Shown in pieces: positions 52,930-62,601 of a DNA stretch of 64,000 bases. The position numbers were made by a program, and so were the translations under genes. Where the stretch lies: assembly GCA_963837955.1 (NCBI GenBank), contig CAWIPH010000002.1, forward strand, positions 1,120,001 to 1,184,000. The letters run 5' to 3'. Each line of letters opens with the position of its first letter. The stretch's first letter is position 1. The notes under the pieces are model-generated. The model was given only the letters and a program-made list of their open reading frames with translations. It had not been told where the DNA came from and did not search any database. The DNA is from an uncultured Verrucomicrobiae bacterium (GTDB lineage Bacteria > Verrucomicrobiota > Verrucomicrobiia > Chthoniobacterales > JAFAMB01).

Positions 52930-53130
52930 GCTTTTGGTGGCGTCTAGCCTCGGGTATGCGGTCAGGTGCTAACCTTCGACCGTCCAACCTGCTATCCGTG
53001 TCCGGCTCGCCCTGGCGCGGCTCACATTATGCTTTATCCGAGCATGGTCGAGGCAAGCGAGCGCACCCAATCTACCAGCGAGTGTTGGCCCAAGGGCGAA
53101 GCCGGGCGCGCGCCGCTTACCAAAGCTGTT
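52930..53130 (-). ncRNA. Putative bridge/seek RNA
   Basis: Stem-loop 53052-53121 carries UUCGCCCU and CGCUGGUAG, matching the two halves of the REP target; AUAGCAG matches the donor end; RNA boundaries uncertain. Confidence 0.7.
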
Positions 53131-53172
53131 TATTTTAAAAAAGATTCTTTTCTGGAGTAAGGGAAGAGACTT

Positions 53173-54273
53173 TTAAGCGCGGGGTGGAGGGTTAAGGATC
53201 AGTCCCAGTTCTTGGGCCGTGGTGCGACCAGTGCGCATCTTCCAGATGTCGATCAACAGCCGCCGCGCCACCGCCACTGCCGCTTTTTTCTTGAGCACTT
53301 TATTACTGCCGCAAAGGGTTGCCCGCCACTGCACGATGGGTGGATAGTTGGGCTGAAAGAGCAGCAGGCGCCAAACCATCTCAATGATCAGCCTGCGGAT
53401 CCGGGGCGACCCCACTTTGGTAATTGAACCCAAGCGTTGGTGGGTTCCAGTGGAATACTCCCGGGGAACAAAGCCCCCAAAGCAGCCGACTTTGCGTCGA
53501 GTGACGAAGCGATGGTAATCACCGATCTCTCGATCCACTTGCACCATACTCTGGGCCCCGAAGCCTTTGGGTAAAGCTTCTTGGTTACTTTGGGCTAGTT
53601 CCTTTTTGCGCTGAGCAATTTGAGCGTCCAGTAAGCGCAAAGTGGCTTGCCACACTTCCAGCTTGGTTCGAATCCACTCCGGCAAAAGCGGCGCCCATTT
53701 ACGGTAAGCAATTGGCCGCCACCAGGCCCCTTTCATCATCCCGTAACCTTGGCTCAAAACCAGCGCTCGCCCTTGGGCCCCAATCGCTTTGCGCATCGCC
53801 ACCAACTGATCATGTTGCCGGCTTTCAGCTCGCAACTGTTCTTGCTCAGGGGTCGGTACTCGCACCACCCGCAGCATCTCAGAATCGCCCTGCACGTAAC
53901 TGTACAGCCGACTGCTCAGCTTGCGGGCGTCCAGCTTGTTGTGCTTGCGTTTTCCTTGCTCCAAACATTCCGGTGCGCAGACCAGAGCCTTAATCCCTAG
54001 CTCCCGCAAACGCCGATAGAGCACGTAGCCCAACGGTCCAGCTTCGTAGACCGCGTAGACTTCTTCGGCTAAACGCAATTGCTTTTGGGCAAAGAGCAGC
54101 AGCTCTTCCGCACTCAAGCTTTGCACCCCTTGGATCCCGCTGTTGTCAATCTTACGTGCCACCTGATTGCTCTTCAGGTGCGCATCGATGCCAAGAAATA
54201 TTTGCTTGGCCTTTACCTGCTTTTGGTCCTTGTTTTCACTTACCGATTCGGTCAGTGCCGATTGGTTATTCAT
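53173..54273 (-). CDS. IS110-family recombinase/transposase
   Basis: FLGIDAH, YEAGPLG, KHNKLDA; C-terminal EIGDYHRF...GFVPREYSTG...GSITKVG, AVARRL. Confidence 0.93.
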   Translation of the reverse strand: MNNQSALTESVSENKDQKQVKAKQIFLGIDAHLKSNQVARKIDNSGIQGVQSLSAEELLLFAQKQLRLAEEVYAVYEAGPLGYVLYRRLRELGIKALVCAPECLEQGKRKHNKLDARKLSSRLYSYVQGDSEMLRVVRVPTPEQEQLRAESRQHDQLVAMRKAIGAQGRALVLSQGYGMMKGAWWRPIAYRKWAPLLPEWIRTKLEVWQATLRLLDAQIAQRKKELAQSNQEALPKGFGAQSMVQVDREIGDYHRFVTRRKVGCFGGFVPREYSTGTHQRLGSITKVGSPRIRRLIIEMVWRLLLFQPNYPPIVQWRATLCGSNKVLKKKAAVAVARRLLIDIWKMRTGRTTAQELGLILNPPPRA

Positions 54274-54321
54274 ATTGTCCAGGTTGCTGTTCATCCAGCA
54301 GCCTGGCAATACCCATGGCAT

Positions 54322-54708
54322 CTACCGATCAGGGGTGTTGTCCCAGCGCTGGTAGGGCGAAAATTTATTTGAGCCGGAAACCCCTGAACGGCTCACGCAA
54401 AAGCGTTCGCCCTACCGATCGCGGGTGTTGTCCAAGCGCTGGTAGGGCGAAAATTTATTTGAGCCGGAAACCCCTGAGCGGCTCACGCAAAAGCGTTCGC
54501 CCTACCGATCGGGGTGTTGTCCCAGCGTTGGTAGGGCGAAAATTTATTTGAGCCGGAAAACCCCTGATCGGCTCACGCAAAAGCGTTCGCCCTACCGATC
54601 ATGGGCGTTGTCCCAGCGTTGGTAGGGCGAAAATTTATTTGAGCCGGAAACCCCTGAGCGGCTCACGCAAAAGCGTTCGCCCTACCGATCATAGGCATTG
54701 TTCCAGCG
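54322..54708 (+). repeat. GTAG REP doublet array, right part (about 4 units)
   Basis: CCTACCGATC recurs ending at 54420, 54510, 54600 and 54690. Confidence 0.92.
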
Positions 54709-55286
54709 CGCTTATGGTGAGCTGAACAGCGAAGACACGTGGCTTTCTTTGGCGCGCGGAATAGATCAGCAGCATTTCACGGAGCGGTCGCGAAGTGTCA
54801 CCTGGGGCAGGCCGTGGCCGAAAAGGCGTCCAAACCGGATCGCTTTCGAAAACCGAAACCTCGCGTGCTGCAAAGCAGGAGCGGCAAAAGCGAAGTATCG
54901 GAAGAGGCCTCTAAAGGTCACGGACTCGGATGGCAGGGATCGCATGATACGTTGACAATGGCGTTACCGGTCGGGGCTCCTATCCCGGCCGTCTCCCAAA
55001 ACGTTAAGGCCCTCATGACACCCAATACGCCTGTCCGGACATCGGCTCAAATGGTGGGCAGAACAGCGGACGTTCCTTGTTTTATCCGTGGTCTATTGTA
55101 TCGAGCACTCTTACAAAAGACCGTCAGGACAATTACAATTTCATCAGTTTCACCGGGGCTTTCATGTTCTGCCTTTCGTGACGAAAGTGATCGCGTTAGC
55201 AGTTGCCAAAAAAGCTGAGGACTTAAAAAGGCTGAGGACTTCTTACCGGAGCATCAGCGAAAACAACACACGCAAAATTTGCTTTT

Positions 55287-56261
55287 ATGGTAAGAGCCTT
55301 GTTTTTCAGGGATCTATGGTGCTTCGCCTTGCATATATCCTCGATCAGCCGGTTAGAGGGCGTTGGCCGGTTGGGATCAGCATCGGCGTTGCTAGGAATC
55401 GTCGCCCTGCTTATGGGCTCCTTAGCGAGCGGGGCGGCGGCTGACAATCTCTCCTCTTGGTCGCTAGAAGCGAACGCCGATGCCTCCTACGTCGGTCCGA
55501 GTGAACTAAAGAGGGGACCCAAAGAGTTCGGATCATTTAATGAATTGGACACTACCGTGAATGTCGTCGCCTCGAGCCAAGTCTCGCAAAATACCTTGCT
55601 TCGCTTCGGCATGAATTGGCAACGTTTCTCGTTTACTCCGGACACACAAGCTCCAGTTCCTAGTTCGCTGCAATCCTTGAATTTGGAGATCGGCGCCGAT
55701 TACCAACTAACGCCAGTCCTTTTGCTCCGAGTAGAAGCGCAACCTGGATTTTACAGCGATTTTCGGGAGCTAAGACAGAAAGATTTCAACATTCCGTTTG
55801 TGGTTGGAGCGACCTATTTTGTCAGTAAGGATTTTCTTTGTGTATTCGGTTTGAGCGTAGATATCAATCGCACCCCCCGCGTCTTCCCAGCCATTGGCGC
55901 CCGCTGGCGGATCGCGCCGAAGGTCGTTATCGATGCGATTTTGCCGGATCCGCAAATTGATTATGAGTTGAATCGAAATACGACGCTACATGTAGGGGCC
56001 TCGCTGAAGAACGGGTCCTATCGTGTCAACGACGATTTCGGGTCCGATCGGGGTATTCCGAAACTGAACAACGGCATTCTCAACTATACTGAGATCCGTG
56101 CGGCGGCGGGCATTTCCTGGAAGATAAGCCGCGCGGTTTCGGTCGATTTGGAGAGTGGTTGCGTGCCGTACAGAAAATTTGATTTCACGCGGGCCAATTA
56201 CAAAGTGACAGCCTTCGATATAGCGCCTTTCGCGCAGGTGAGTTTCTCGGCAAAGTTTTGA
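55287..56261 (+). CDS. Outer-membrane beta-barrel protein (DUF6268-like)
   Basis: Signal-like N-terminus, PGFYSDF, FPAIG..W, terminal Phe; start uncertain. Confidence 0.7.
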   Translation: MVRALFFRDLWCFALHISSISRLEGVGRLGSASALLGIVALLMGSLASGAAADNLSSWSLEANADASYVGPSELKRGPKEFGSFNELDTTVNVVASSQVSQNTLLRFGMNWQRFSFTPDTQAPVPSSLQSLNLEIGADYQLTPVLLLRVEAQPGFYSDFRELRQKDFNIPFVVGATYFVSKDFLCVFGLSVDINRTPRVFPAIGARWRIAPKVVIDAILPDPQIDYELNRNTTLHVGASLKNGSYRVNDDFGSDRGIPKLNNGILNYTEIRAAAGISWKISRAVSVDLESGCVPYRKFDFTRANYKVTAFDIAPFAQVSFSAKF

Positions 56262-56338
56262 GCTTGGCGACGGCCTGGGAGCCGTCGCATACACTGACAT
56301 CCTCTGCACCGACGATTTCGAGACCGAACAGGGTCTAT

Positions 56339-56599
56339 TTAGTCCCCGAGCTCAACATCAAGGATGGTGTTTGCTAACAAGATAGCCTGAGCGGGTGTGG
56401 GACTGTATCGCTCTTTAAACGCGATTTCGTAAGCTATCGGATGACCAAACGGCGTTTTTTTCTTGCAGATTCTCAATCTCCAGAGCCGGGCGGCCGAATC
56501 GAACAGGAGAGAGACCTCGGTAACTCCTCCTCGGATAAAGGACCCGTGAGGTTCGTGTTCCCAATTGAACTTAGATGACCTTCCCTCGGCGTCTGGCAT
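56339..56599 (-). CDS. Hypothetical protein
   Basis: 86-aa ORF with normal composition. Confidence 0.4.
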   Translation of the reverse strand: MPDAEGRSSKFNWEHEPHGSFIRGGVTEVSLLFDSAARLWRLRICKKKTPFGHPIAYEIAFKERYSPTPAQAILLANTILDVELGD

Positions 56600-56928
56600 T
56601 CCGGATACTCACATTGATTTGCTTATCTGTATCGGCGGAAGGCTCGCAGGCTTAAGTGATCGGAAACCGATCTCTCTCTTTTTTGGAGCGATGAGCGTGC
56701 TGAGGTTTCCCGCGAAATGGCCGCCGGAGTAACCGCGTTGAAAGCGCAACGCGACAATTTCTCCGTTTACTTTCGACCAGTGGAGCTTAGGTTCCTTTGT
56801 ACGGAGCGCATGGATGCGTTCCGCACGAGGGCAAGCCTAATATTGATTGTAACTTGTGGCTCGGCCAACCGCTTGGGTTTTTGGCTACGAGGTTGGGCAG
56901 AGCCGCTAAACCAAATGGAATTAGTTCT

Positions 56929-58122
56929 ATGGCCAGTAATCGTGGCATTGTCTATATCGGACCAGGGAAGGTAGAAGTACAAGGGATCGACTATCCCAAA
57001 TTCGTTTCGCCGAACGGCAAAGAAATCGATCACGGCGTGATTGTTCGCATCGTATCGACAAATATTTGCGGAAGCGATCAGCATATGGTGCGCGGACGCA
57101 CAACCGCTCCATCTGGTCTGGTTCTCGGCCATGAAATTACGGGAGAGGTGATTGAGAAAGGACGCGACGTAGAGTTTCTGGAAATCGGCGATCTGGTTTC
57201 GGTCCCGTTCAATGTTGCCTGCGGGCGTTGTCGAAATTGTCGAGAACAAAAAACCGGTATCTGCGAAAATGTAAATCCGGCCCGGGCCGGCGGTGCCTAC
57301 GGATATGTCGACATGGGGGGATGGGTTGGCGGTCAAGCCGAATTCGTGATGGTTCCGTATGCCGACTTCAATCTCCTGAAGTTGCCGGAGAAAGCGCAGG
57401 CCATGGAAAAGATTCGAGATCTGACCTGCCTCTCGGACATTTTCCCCACTGGCTACCACGGTGCGGTCTCCGCAGGGGTTGGACCCGGAACAACCGTGCT
57501 GGTGACTGGGGCTGGTCCGGTTGGTCTCGCGTGCGCTGCGTCTTGTCATTTGCTTGGAGCCGCCGTTGTCATCGTCTCCGATCTGAATAAAGACCGTCTG
57601 CAACAGGCCCGGTCGTTCGGCTGTGAGACTGTCGACGTCTCTGCCAAAGCTTCCTTGGCTGAGCAGATTGAGCAGATTCTCGGTAGCCCCGAAGTAGATT
57701 GCGCAGTGGATTGCGTTGGTTTCGAAGCTCACGGTCATGGTGCGGATGCAAAAAAGGAGGCGCCCGCAGCCGTATTGAATTCGCTGATGGAGCTCACCAG
57801 GGCGGGCGGCGCGATCGGTATTCCCGGCCTTTACGTGACGGATGATCCGGGTGGCGTGGATGCAGCCGCGAAGGTCGGAGCGCTCTCGGTTCGTCTAGGG
57901 CTCGGTTGGGCTAAGAGCCACTCCTTCCAAACCGGGCAGACCCCAGTATTGAAATACAATCGCCAGCTCATGCAAGCGATCCTCCATGACAAAGTCCATA
58001 TCGCCAAGGCGGTTAACGTGACCGTGATAACGCTAGACGATGGACCAAAGGGTTATGTTGACTTCGACAAAGGTGCTGCCAAAAAATTCGTGATCGATCC
58101 TCACGGGTTACTAGCAGCTTGA
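56929..58122 (+). CDS. fdhA: Glutathione-independent formaldehyde dehydrogenase
   Basis: TNICGSDQHMVRGRT, GHEITG, GYVDMGGWVGGQAE, GIPGLYVT.DPG, GWAKS. Confidence 0.93.
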   Translation: MASNRGIVYIGPGKVEVQGIDYPKFVSPNGKEIDHGVIVRIVSTNICGSDQHMVRGRTTAPSGLVLGHEITGEVIEKGRDVEFLEIGDLVSVPFNVACGRCRNCREQKTGICENVNPARAGGAYGYVDMGGWVGGQAEFVMVPYADFNLLKLPEKAQAMEKIRDLTCLSDIFPTGYHGAVSAGVGPGTTVLVTGAGPVGLACAASCHLLGAAVVIVSDLNKDRLQQARSFGCETVDVSAKASLAEQIEQILGSPEVDCAVDCVGFEAHGHGADAKKEAPAAVLNSLMELTRAGGAIGIPGLYVTDDPGGVDAAAKVGALSVRLGLGWAKSHSFQTGQTPVLKYNRQLMQAILHDKVHIAKAVNVTVITLDDGPKGYVDFDKGAAKKFVIDPHGLLAA

Positions 58123-58130
58123 ACCCCGAT

Positions 58131-58659
58131 GATCGGTAGGGCGAACGCTTTTGCGTGAACCACTCAGGGGTTTCCCGGCTCAAATAAATTTTCGCCCTAC
58201 CAACGTTGGGACAATACCCCTGATTGGTAGGGCGAACGCTTTTGCGTGAGCCACTCAGAGGTTTCCCGGCTCAAATAAATTTTCGCCCTACCGATCGCTG
58301 GAACAGCACCCCTGATTGGTAGGGCGAACGCTTTTGCGTGAGCCGCTCAGAGGTTTCCTGGCTCAAATAAATTTTCGCCCTACCGACCGCTGGAACAGCA
58401 CCCATGATAGCTAGGGCGAACGCTTTTGCGTGAGCCGCTCAGGGGTTTCCCGGCTCAAATAAATTTTCGCCCTACCAACGCTGGGACAACACCCCTGATC
58501 GGTAGGGCGAACGCTTTTGCGTGAGCCACTCAGGGTTTCCCGGCTCAAATAAATTTTCGCCCTACCAGCGTTGGGACAGAACCCATGATTGATAGGGCGA
58601 ACGCTTGGCGTGAGCCACTCAGGGGTTTCCTGGCTCAAATAGATTTCGCCCTACCAACG
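58131..58659 (-). repeat. GTAG REP doublet array (about 6 units, opposite orientation) between convergent genes
   Basis: Reverse complement of the 52.6/54.3 kb unit. Confidence 0.92.
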
Positions 58660-58744
58660 GGCAAACGAACCCAATGGGAACCTGAAATGAATAAATCTGC
58701 GTAATCCGTGTAATCTGCGGATCGCTCCTCTCTTTTCGACCCGA

Positions 58745-59635
58745 TCAGCTCCGCAAATACTTATTCAAAAAATCAACGGTCCGTTGCCAGGCTAGCTTGG
58801 CAGCGGTTTCGTCGTAGCGAGGCGTCGTATCGTTATGAAAGCCGTGATTCGCGCCCTCGTAAACGTACGCGGCGTAGGTCACGTGATTGGCCTTGAGCGC
58901 CCCCTCGTAAGCCGGCCATCCATCGGTGATCCGCGCGTCCAGCGACGCATAGTGAAGCAGCAGGGGAGCCTTGATCTTGGCGGCATCCTCAGCACTGGGT
59001 TGGCGGCCGTAGAAAGCAACCGCAGCCCCTAGGTCCGGGAGCCTCACGGCAAGATTATTGACGGTAGTTCCGCCAAAACAGAAGCCGACGGCGCCGATCT
59101 TGCCCGTGCATTCGGGCCGAGCTTTCAGCCAGGCGGCCGACGCGACAAAATCCTCAAACATTTTCTTCTCGTCGACCGTTTTGAAAAGGCCCGCTGCTTT
59201 CTCTTCATCGCCAGGGTATCCGCCAACCGATGTGAGACCATCGGGCGCAAAGGCCAGGAAATTCAAGGTCCCCAAACGCCGAGCCACGTCTTCGATATAC
59301 GGATTCAGGCCACGGTTCTCGTGTATCACTAGCACTCCGGGCAGCTTTTCACCGGCGTTCGCGGGACGAGCGAAATACCCTCGGATGCTTCCATTGCCCT
59401 GTGGCGACGCTACAGTCACATATTCCGTCTTGAGCCGCGCGTCATCCTTGGCGACTTGCTGCGCCAGCGCGTAATTCGGTCGGAGGCTTTCCCAGATGGC
59501 CATCGCCGTGAGGCCGCCCATAGCATACTTCTTTGCGGCGTCCAGGAATTGACGGCGGCTGATCTCGCCGTGGACGTAACGATCAAATACGTTCAGCAGC
59601 TCTTGCGGAAAATCGGTTGCTTTTTTTCGTTCCAT
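58745..59635 (-). CDS. Dienelactone hydrolase family protein (YghX-like)
   Basis: FDRYVHG.ISRRQFL, HENRGLNP, GFCFGG, HGFHNDTTPRY. Confidence 0.9.
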   Translation of the reverse strand: MERKKATDFPQELLNVFDRYVHGEISRRQFLDAAKKYAMGGLTAMAIWESLRPNYALAQQVAKDDARLKTEYVTVASPQGNGSIRGYFARPANAGEKLPGVLVIHENRGLNPYIEDVARRLGTLNFLAFAPDGLTSVGGYPGDEEKAAGLFKTVDEKKMFEDFVASAAWLKARPECTGKIGAVGFCFGGTTVNNLAVRLPDLGAAVAFYGRQPSAEDAAKIKAPLLLHYASLDARITDGWPAYEGALKANHVTYAAYVYEGANHGFHNDTTPRYDETAAKLAWQRTVDFLNKYLRS

Positions 59636-59909
59636 CTAAGTGTCTCCTTCGTGGTTGGTTCCTAGCGGCCGAGTATCCAGCTGAATCCGGGATAAAGCGT
59701 ACATCTTGCAAGCCAAGAAAGCGATGGAGTTGGGAAGATCAATTCGGGCAAAGCCGTCGGCGAGCTTGCGCGATTTCGGTTTAGATTCGCGGCCCTGACT
59801 CCAACCGTTCCACCAGCCGTATACGTCAAAGCACGTATAGACAGGTTCCCTGGAGACGTTAGCCTGAGAGCGGTAGGAATCAGGGTCCGCGCACCGAAAA
59901 GGAGCCTCC

Positions 59910-60290
59910 ATGGCTAATACTCCGACTGATGTAATCGCACGTTACGGCAACTGGTTTAAGGGCGACGACGACTTATTCACGCATTGTCTGATACTGAGGA
60001 ACGGAGAACGCCGGCTGTTGGGTCAGGGACTGCGGGCGGTCACGCTGAGCAAGTCTAAGGTGCCGCTCACGAAGCTCAAGAAGCTAAAGGCCGCGCTTGC
60101 CACCATTCCTGCGACGTGGGCCGCCGCCAGCTATACCGGATACAATTTCATCACAGACGCGGAATCACCGACCGCCAGCGAGATCGCTGTCTATGGCAAG
60201 AAAGCCGGCGGCGGACTGCCCGGATACTTCGTCCCGCCGGCCGGTTCCGAGGTGGAAACATTGGTCAAGGTGATCGCCAACATCGACTGA
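59910..60290 (+). CDS. Hypothetical protein
   Basis: 126-aa ORF preceded by AAGGAG. Confidence 0.65.
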   Translation: MANTPTDVIARYGNWFKGDDDLFTHCLILRNGERRLLGQGLRAVTLSKSKVPLTKLKKLKAALATIPATWAAASYTGYNFITDAESPTASEIAVYGKKAGGGLPGYFVPPAGSEVETLVKVIANID

Positions 60291-60336
60291 GGGGTCGGTA
60301 GAACCTCATCCAAAAAACAAGATTAAGGAGATATCA

Positions 60337-60789
60337 ATGATTAAAGAAAAACAGGAGCACCACGCTACGCAGGAGGCTTTGGACGAAATCGCTAACTGGA
60401 TGCGTCCCCCGGCCCAAAACGAGGGCATCAACTATTCGGTGGCCCGTCTCGGTGCCTTTCCCACTGGTCCGGCTTCGTTTCTCGGCGGAGGGGATGCATC
60501 GATCTTTACTCCATCGGGGCACCGGGGAACGCTCACCAGCAGTGTTGATGGGTCAGCAGTCGAGACCCCGGACTTCGTCAGCACGACTACATTTCCGATC
60601 AAGTTCAAATTCGATCTGAATGCTGGCAAAGCGATCGGTTCATGGGCTAACCCCCAGGCCCAGAACGTCACCATCAAGCTCGAATTCAATAGGAAGGCGA
60701 GCGACCCCGATTTTGGCAAATTTTATATTTTCACGGGGGACAGTTCGACAGATCAATCGGGCTACGTCGTCACCTTCGTACTTCTGTGA
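60337..60789 (+). CDS. Hypothetical protein
   Basis: 150-aa ORF preceded by TAAGGAG. Confidence 0.65.
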   Translation: MIKEKQEHHATQEALDEIANWMRPPAQNEGINYSVARLGAFPTGPASFLGGGDASIFTPSGHRGTLTSSVDGSAVETPDFVSTTTFPIKFKFDLNAGKAIGSWANPQAQNVTIKLEFNRKASDPDFGKFYIFTGDSSTDQSGYVVTFVLL

Positions 60790-60897
60790 GCAACGACACG
60801 GCATAACGGTGGATTAACGGGTCGCATCAACCTAAGGCCGATGCCTCGTTCTCCGCGCAAGAGGGGCGCTGGGCGCTAGGACTCAGGCCGGAGTTCG

Positions 60898-61036
60898 CCC
60901 ATGGATCGGAGGGGCGTCGCTTGCGACGCCCGAGAATAATCCAGTGCGCGCCGAGGAAACGAGAAAAGGTTCAAAGAGGTTGCTTTATCATGGGCCGTTC
61001 CCGGGCGTCGCAAGCGATGCCCCTCCGCAGCCATGG
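60898..61036. repeat. GGAG-type REP doublet (REPIN-like)
   Basis: CGGAGGGGCGTCGCTTGCGACGCCCG ... CGGGCGTCGCAAGCGATGCCCCTCCG. Confidence 0.7.
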
Positions 61037-61300
61037 GGGTTGCGCCGTGAAAGCGGCGATGCTTGGTCCTCTGCCCCGGAGGGGCGCTTGCACTCACCCC
61101 GGGTTTTTAAACCCCGGGATTAGTCGTTTTAAGGCGGTATGCCCTGCAAGGGCACTAGGATCCAATGTTGCAGCCGCCAATCCAATAGGAGCATCTAGAC
61201 TAGCGGCCTTAGGTTGATACATGGGTACCCCGCAGCCACAAAATAGTAATACATTAAAAAAAGATGTTGTCATAATGTTGTTTTGTGGTAGCCAAGAAGC

Positions 61301-62446
61301 ATGGCTTGGCGCATCGAAGAGAGTGTAGTTCGCGGCGAGATCGATAACCGTATGCCTGGACGAGTCGACGGCAAAGTCTGGCTCGCCGGTCGCAACGATC
61401 CATTGATCTTGGAGCTGACCGGCAACTGCCACAAGGATCTGGCCGGATGCAGGCTCACATTTTCGAATCCAGCACCGAAACCGGATGTCAGGATGACACT
61501 CGCCGCGGATCAGAGCGGTGTGGTGGGAGATATGACCGCCGCACGCAAGGTGCGGGTGATCGAGAACTTTGACTATCTCGCAATCAAAAGCGGCAAAAAA
61601 TTCCCGGAACACATAGCGAACTGTCTTTATCTGGAATGGTTTAGCCGCGCCAATGGGCGAGTGGTCATTGAGTCAACCGAATACGAGGTGAGTATCAGCG
61701 AGCCGGTTTGGGGGATCTCTCCTGAAGAAGAACTCCAGCAACACGAAGCCAACGCCGAAGCAATGCGATCATTTATGGAACGGGCGGCGGGGGCACTCGA
61801 TGCGCGAGAAGAAGCCGCTTATGACGGAGCGCCCAAGGATGAATTCGAATGGGAACTCTTTCTTCGCGCGTCTGATCGGCGCACGACAAAGCTGGGCGAG
61901 TTGATGGAAAAATATCACGCTCATCCCGATCGCGATCGTTTGATCGCGCGAGAAATGGGTTGGACGCATATCGAGGAAATGCTCGATGCCGAGGCAGAGG
62001 GTGACTTGGAAGAGGAGCCGGACAACACCGTTGACGCTGGCTTTGAGGAATCTGAATCGGATGCGGCCGAAATGGACGAAGACCCGATTCGGCATCCTCT
62101 CGTCGCGCGTTTGCTCAAACGATCGGCGACCCTGATGAAGCTGGCTGGAGACAGACCGGAGAACGACCTTGAGGAGATGGTTGGAGGCTTTATTGCGGTC
62201 GGGCCAAAGATTGCCGGTGCGCTCGGGATCGTGAGGCCATGCCGGAAAGCGGACAACGACTTTAATGGATTGGTGGTTGCAAAGCTTAAACGCGCAATAG
62301 GTGAATTGTCTCGTGCCCTCAATGCGGCGAGTCGCCTCAAAGAGAAAAAAGCAGAGCTGCCATTTCCAATTGACGAATGGGTTACAGAAATGCTTGAGAC
62401 CCGCCAGGAGATCTTGTCGCTCATGAATGAATTCCGGCGTCCCTGA
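61301..62446 (+). CDS. Conserved-looking hypothetical protein, acidic C-terminal half
   Basis: 381-aa ORF; MAWRI..SV.RGEIDNR, GDMTAARKVR, LYLEWFS..NGRVVIE. Confidence 0.75.
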   Translation: MAWRIEESVVRGEIDNRMPGRVDGKVWLAGRNDPLILELTGNCHKDLAGCRLTFSNPAPKPDVRMTLAADQSGVVGDMTAARKVRVIENFDYLAIKSGKKFPEHIANCLYLEWFSRANGRVVIESTEYEVSISEPVWGISPEEELQQHEANAEAMRSFMERAAGALDAREEAAYDGAPKDEFEWELFLRASDRRTTKLGELMEKYHAHPDRDRLIAREMGWTHIEEMLDAEAEGDLEEEPDNTVDAGFEESESDAAEMDEDPIRHPLVARLLKRSATLMKLAGDRPENDLEEMVGGFIAVGPKIAGALGIVRPCRKADNDFNGLVVAKLKRAIGELSRALNAASRLKEKKAELPFPIDEWVTEMLETRQEILSLMNEFRRP

Positions 62447-62540
62447 TCGGTAGGGCGAAAATTTATTTGAGCCGGGGACCCCTAAGCGGATCACGCAAAC
62501 GTTCGCCCTACCGGACAGGGGTGGTGTTCCAGCGTCGGTA
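62445..62540 (+). repeat. Single degenerate GTAG REP doublet upstream of the RAYT gene
   Basis: GGTAGGGCGAAAATTTATTTGAGCC...GTTCGCCCTACC. Confidence 0.85.
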
Positions 62541-62601
62541 CGCAACAATCTATTGAGCCGCGATAGCGCAATAGTTATTCGATACATTACAAAATAATGT
62601 G

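Larger units (their letters stand above)
52823..54321 (-). mobile_element. IS110-family (IS1111-type layout) element inserted in a REP
   Basis: CT core at 52821-22 and 54322-23; removing the element restores GTTCGCCCTACCGATC; imperfect sub-terminal inverted repeats; long 3' non-coding end. Confidence 0.9.
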
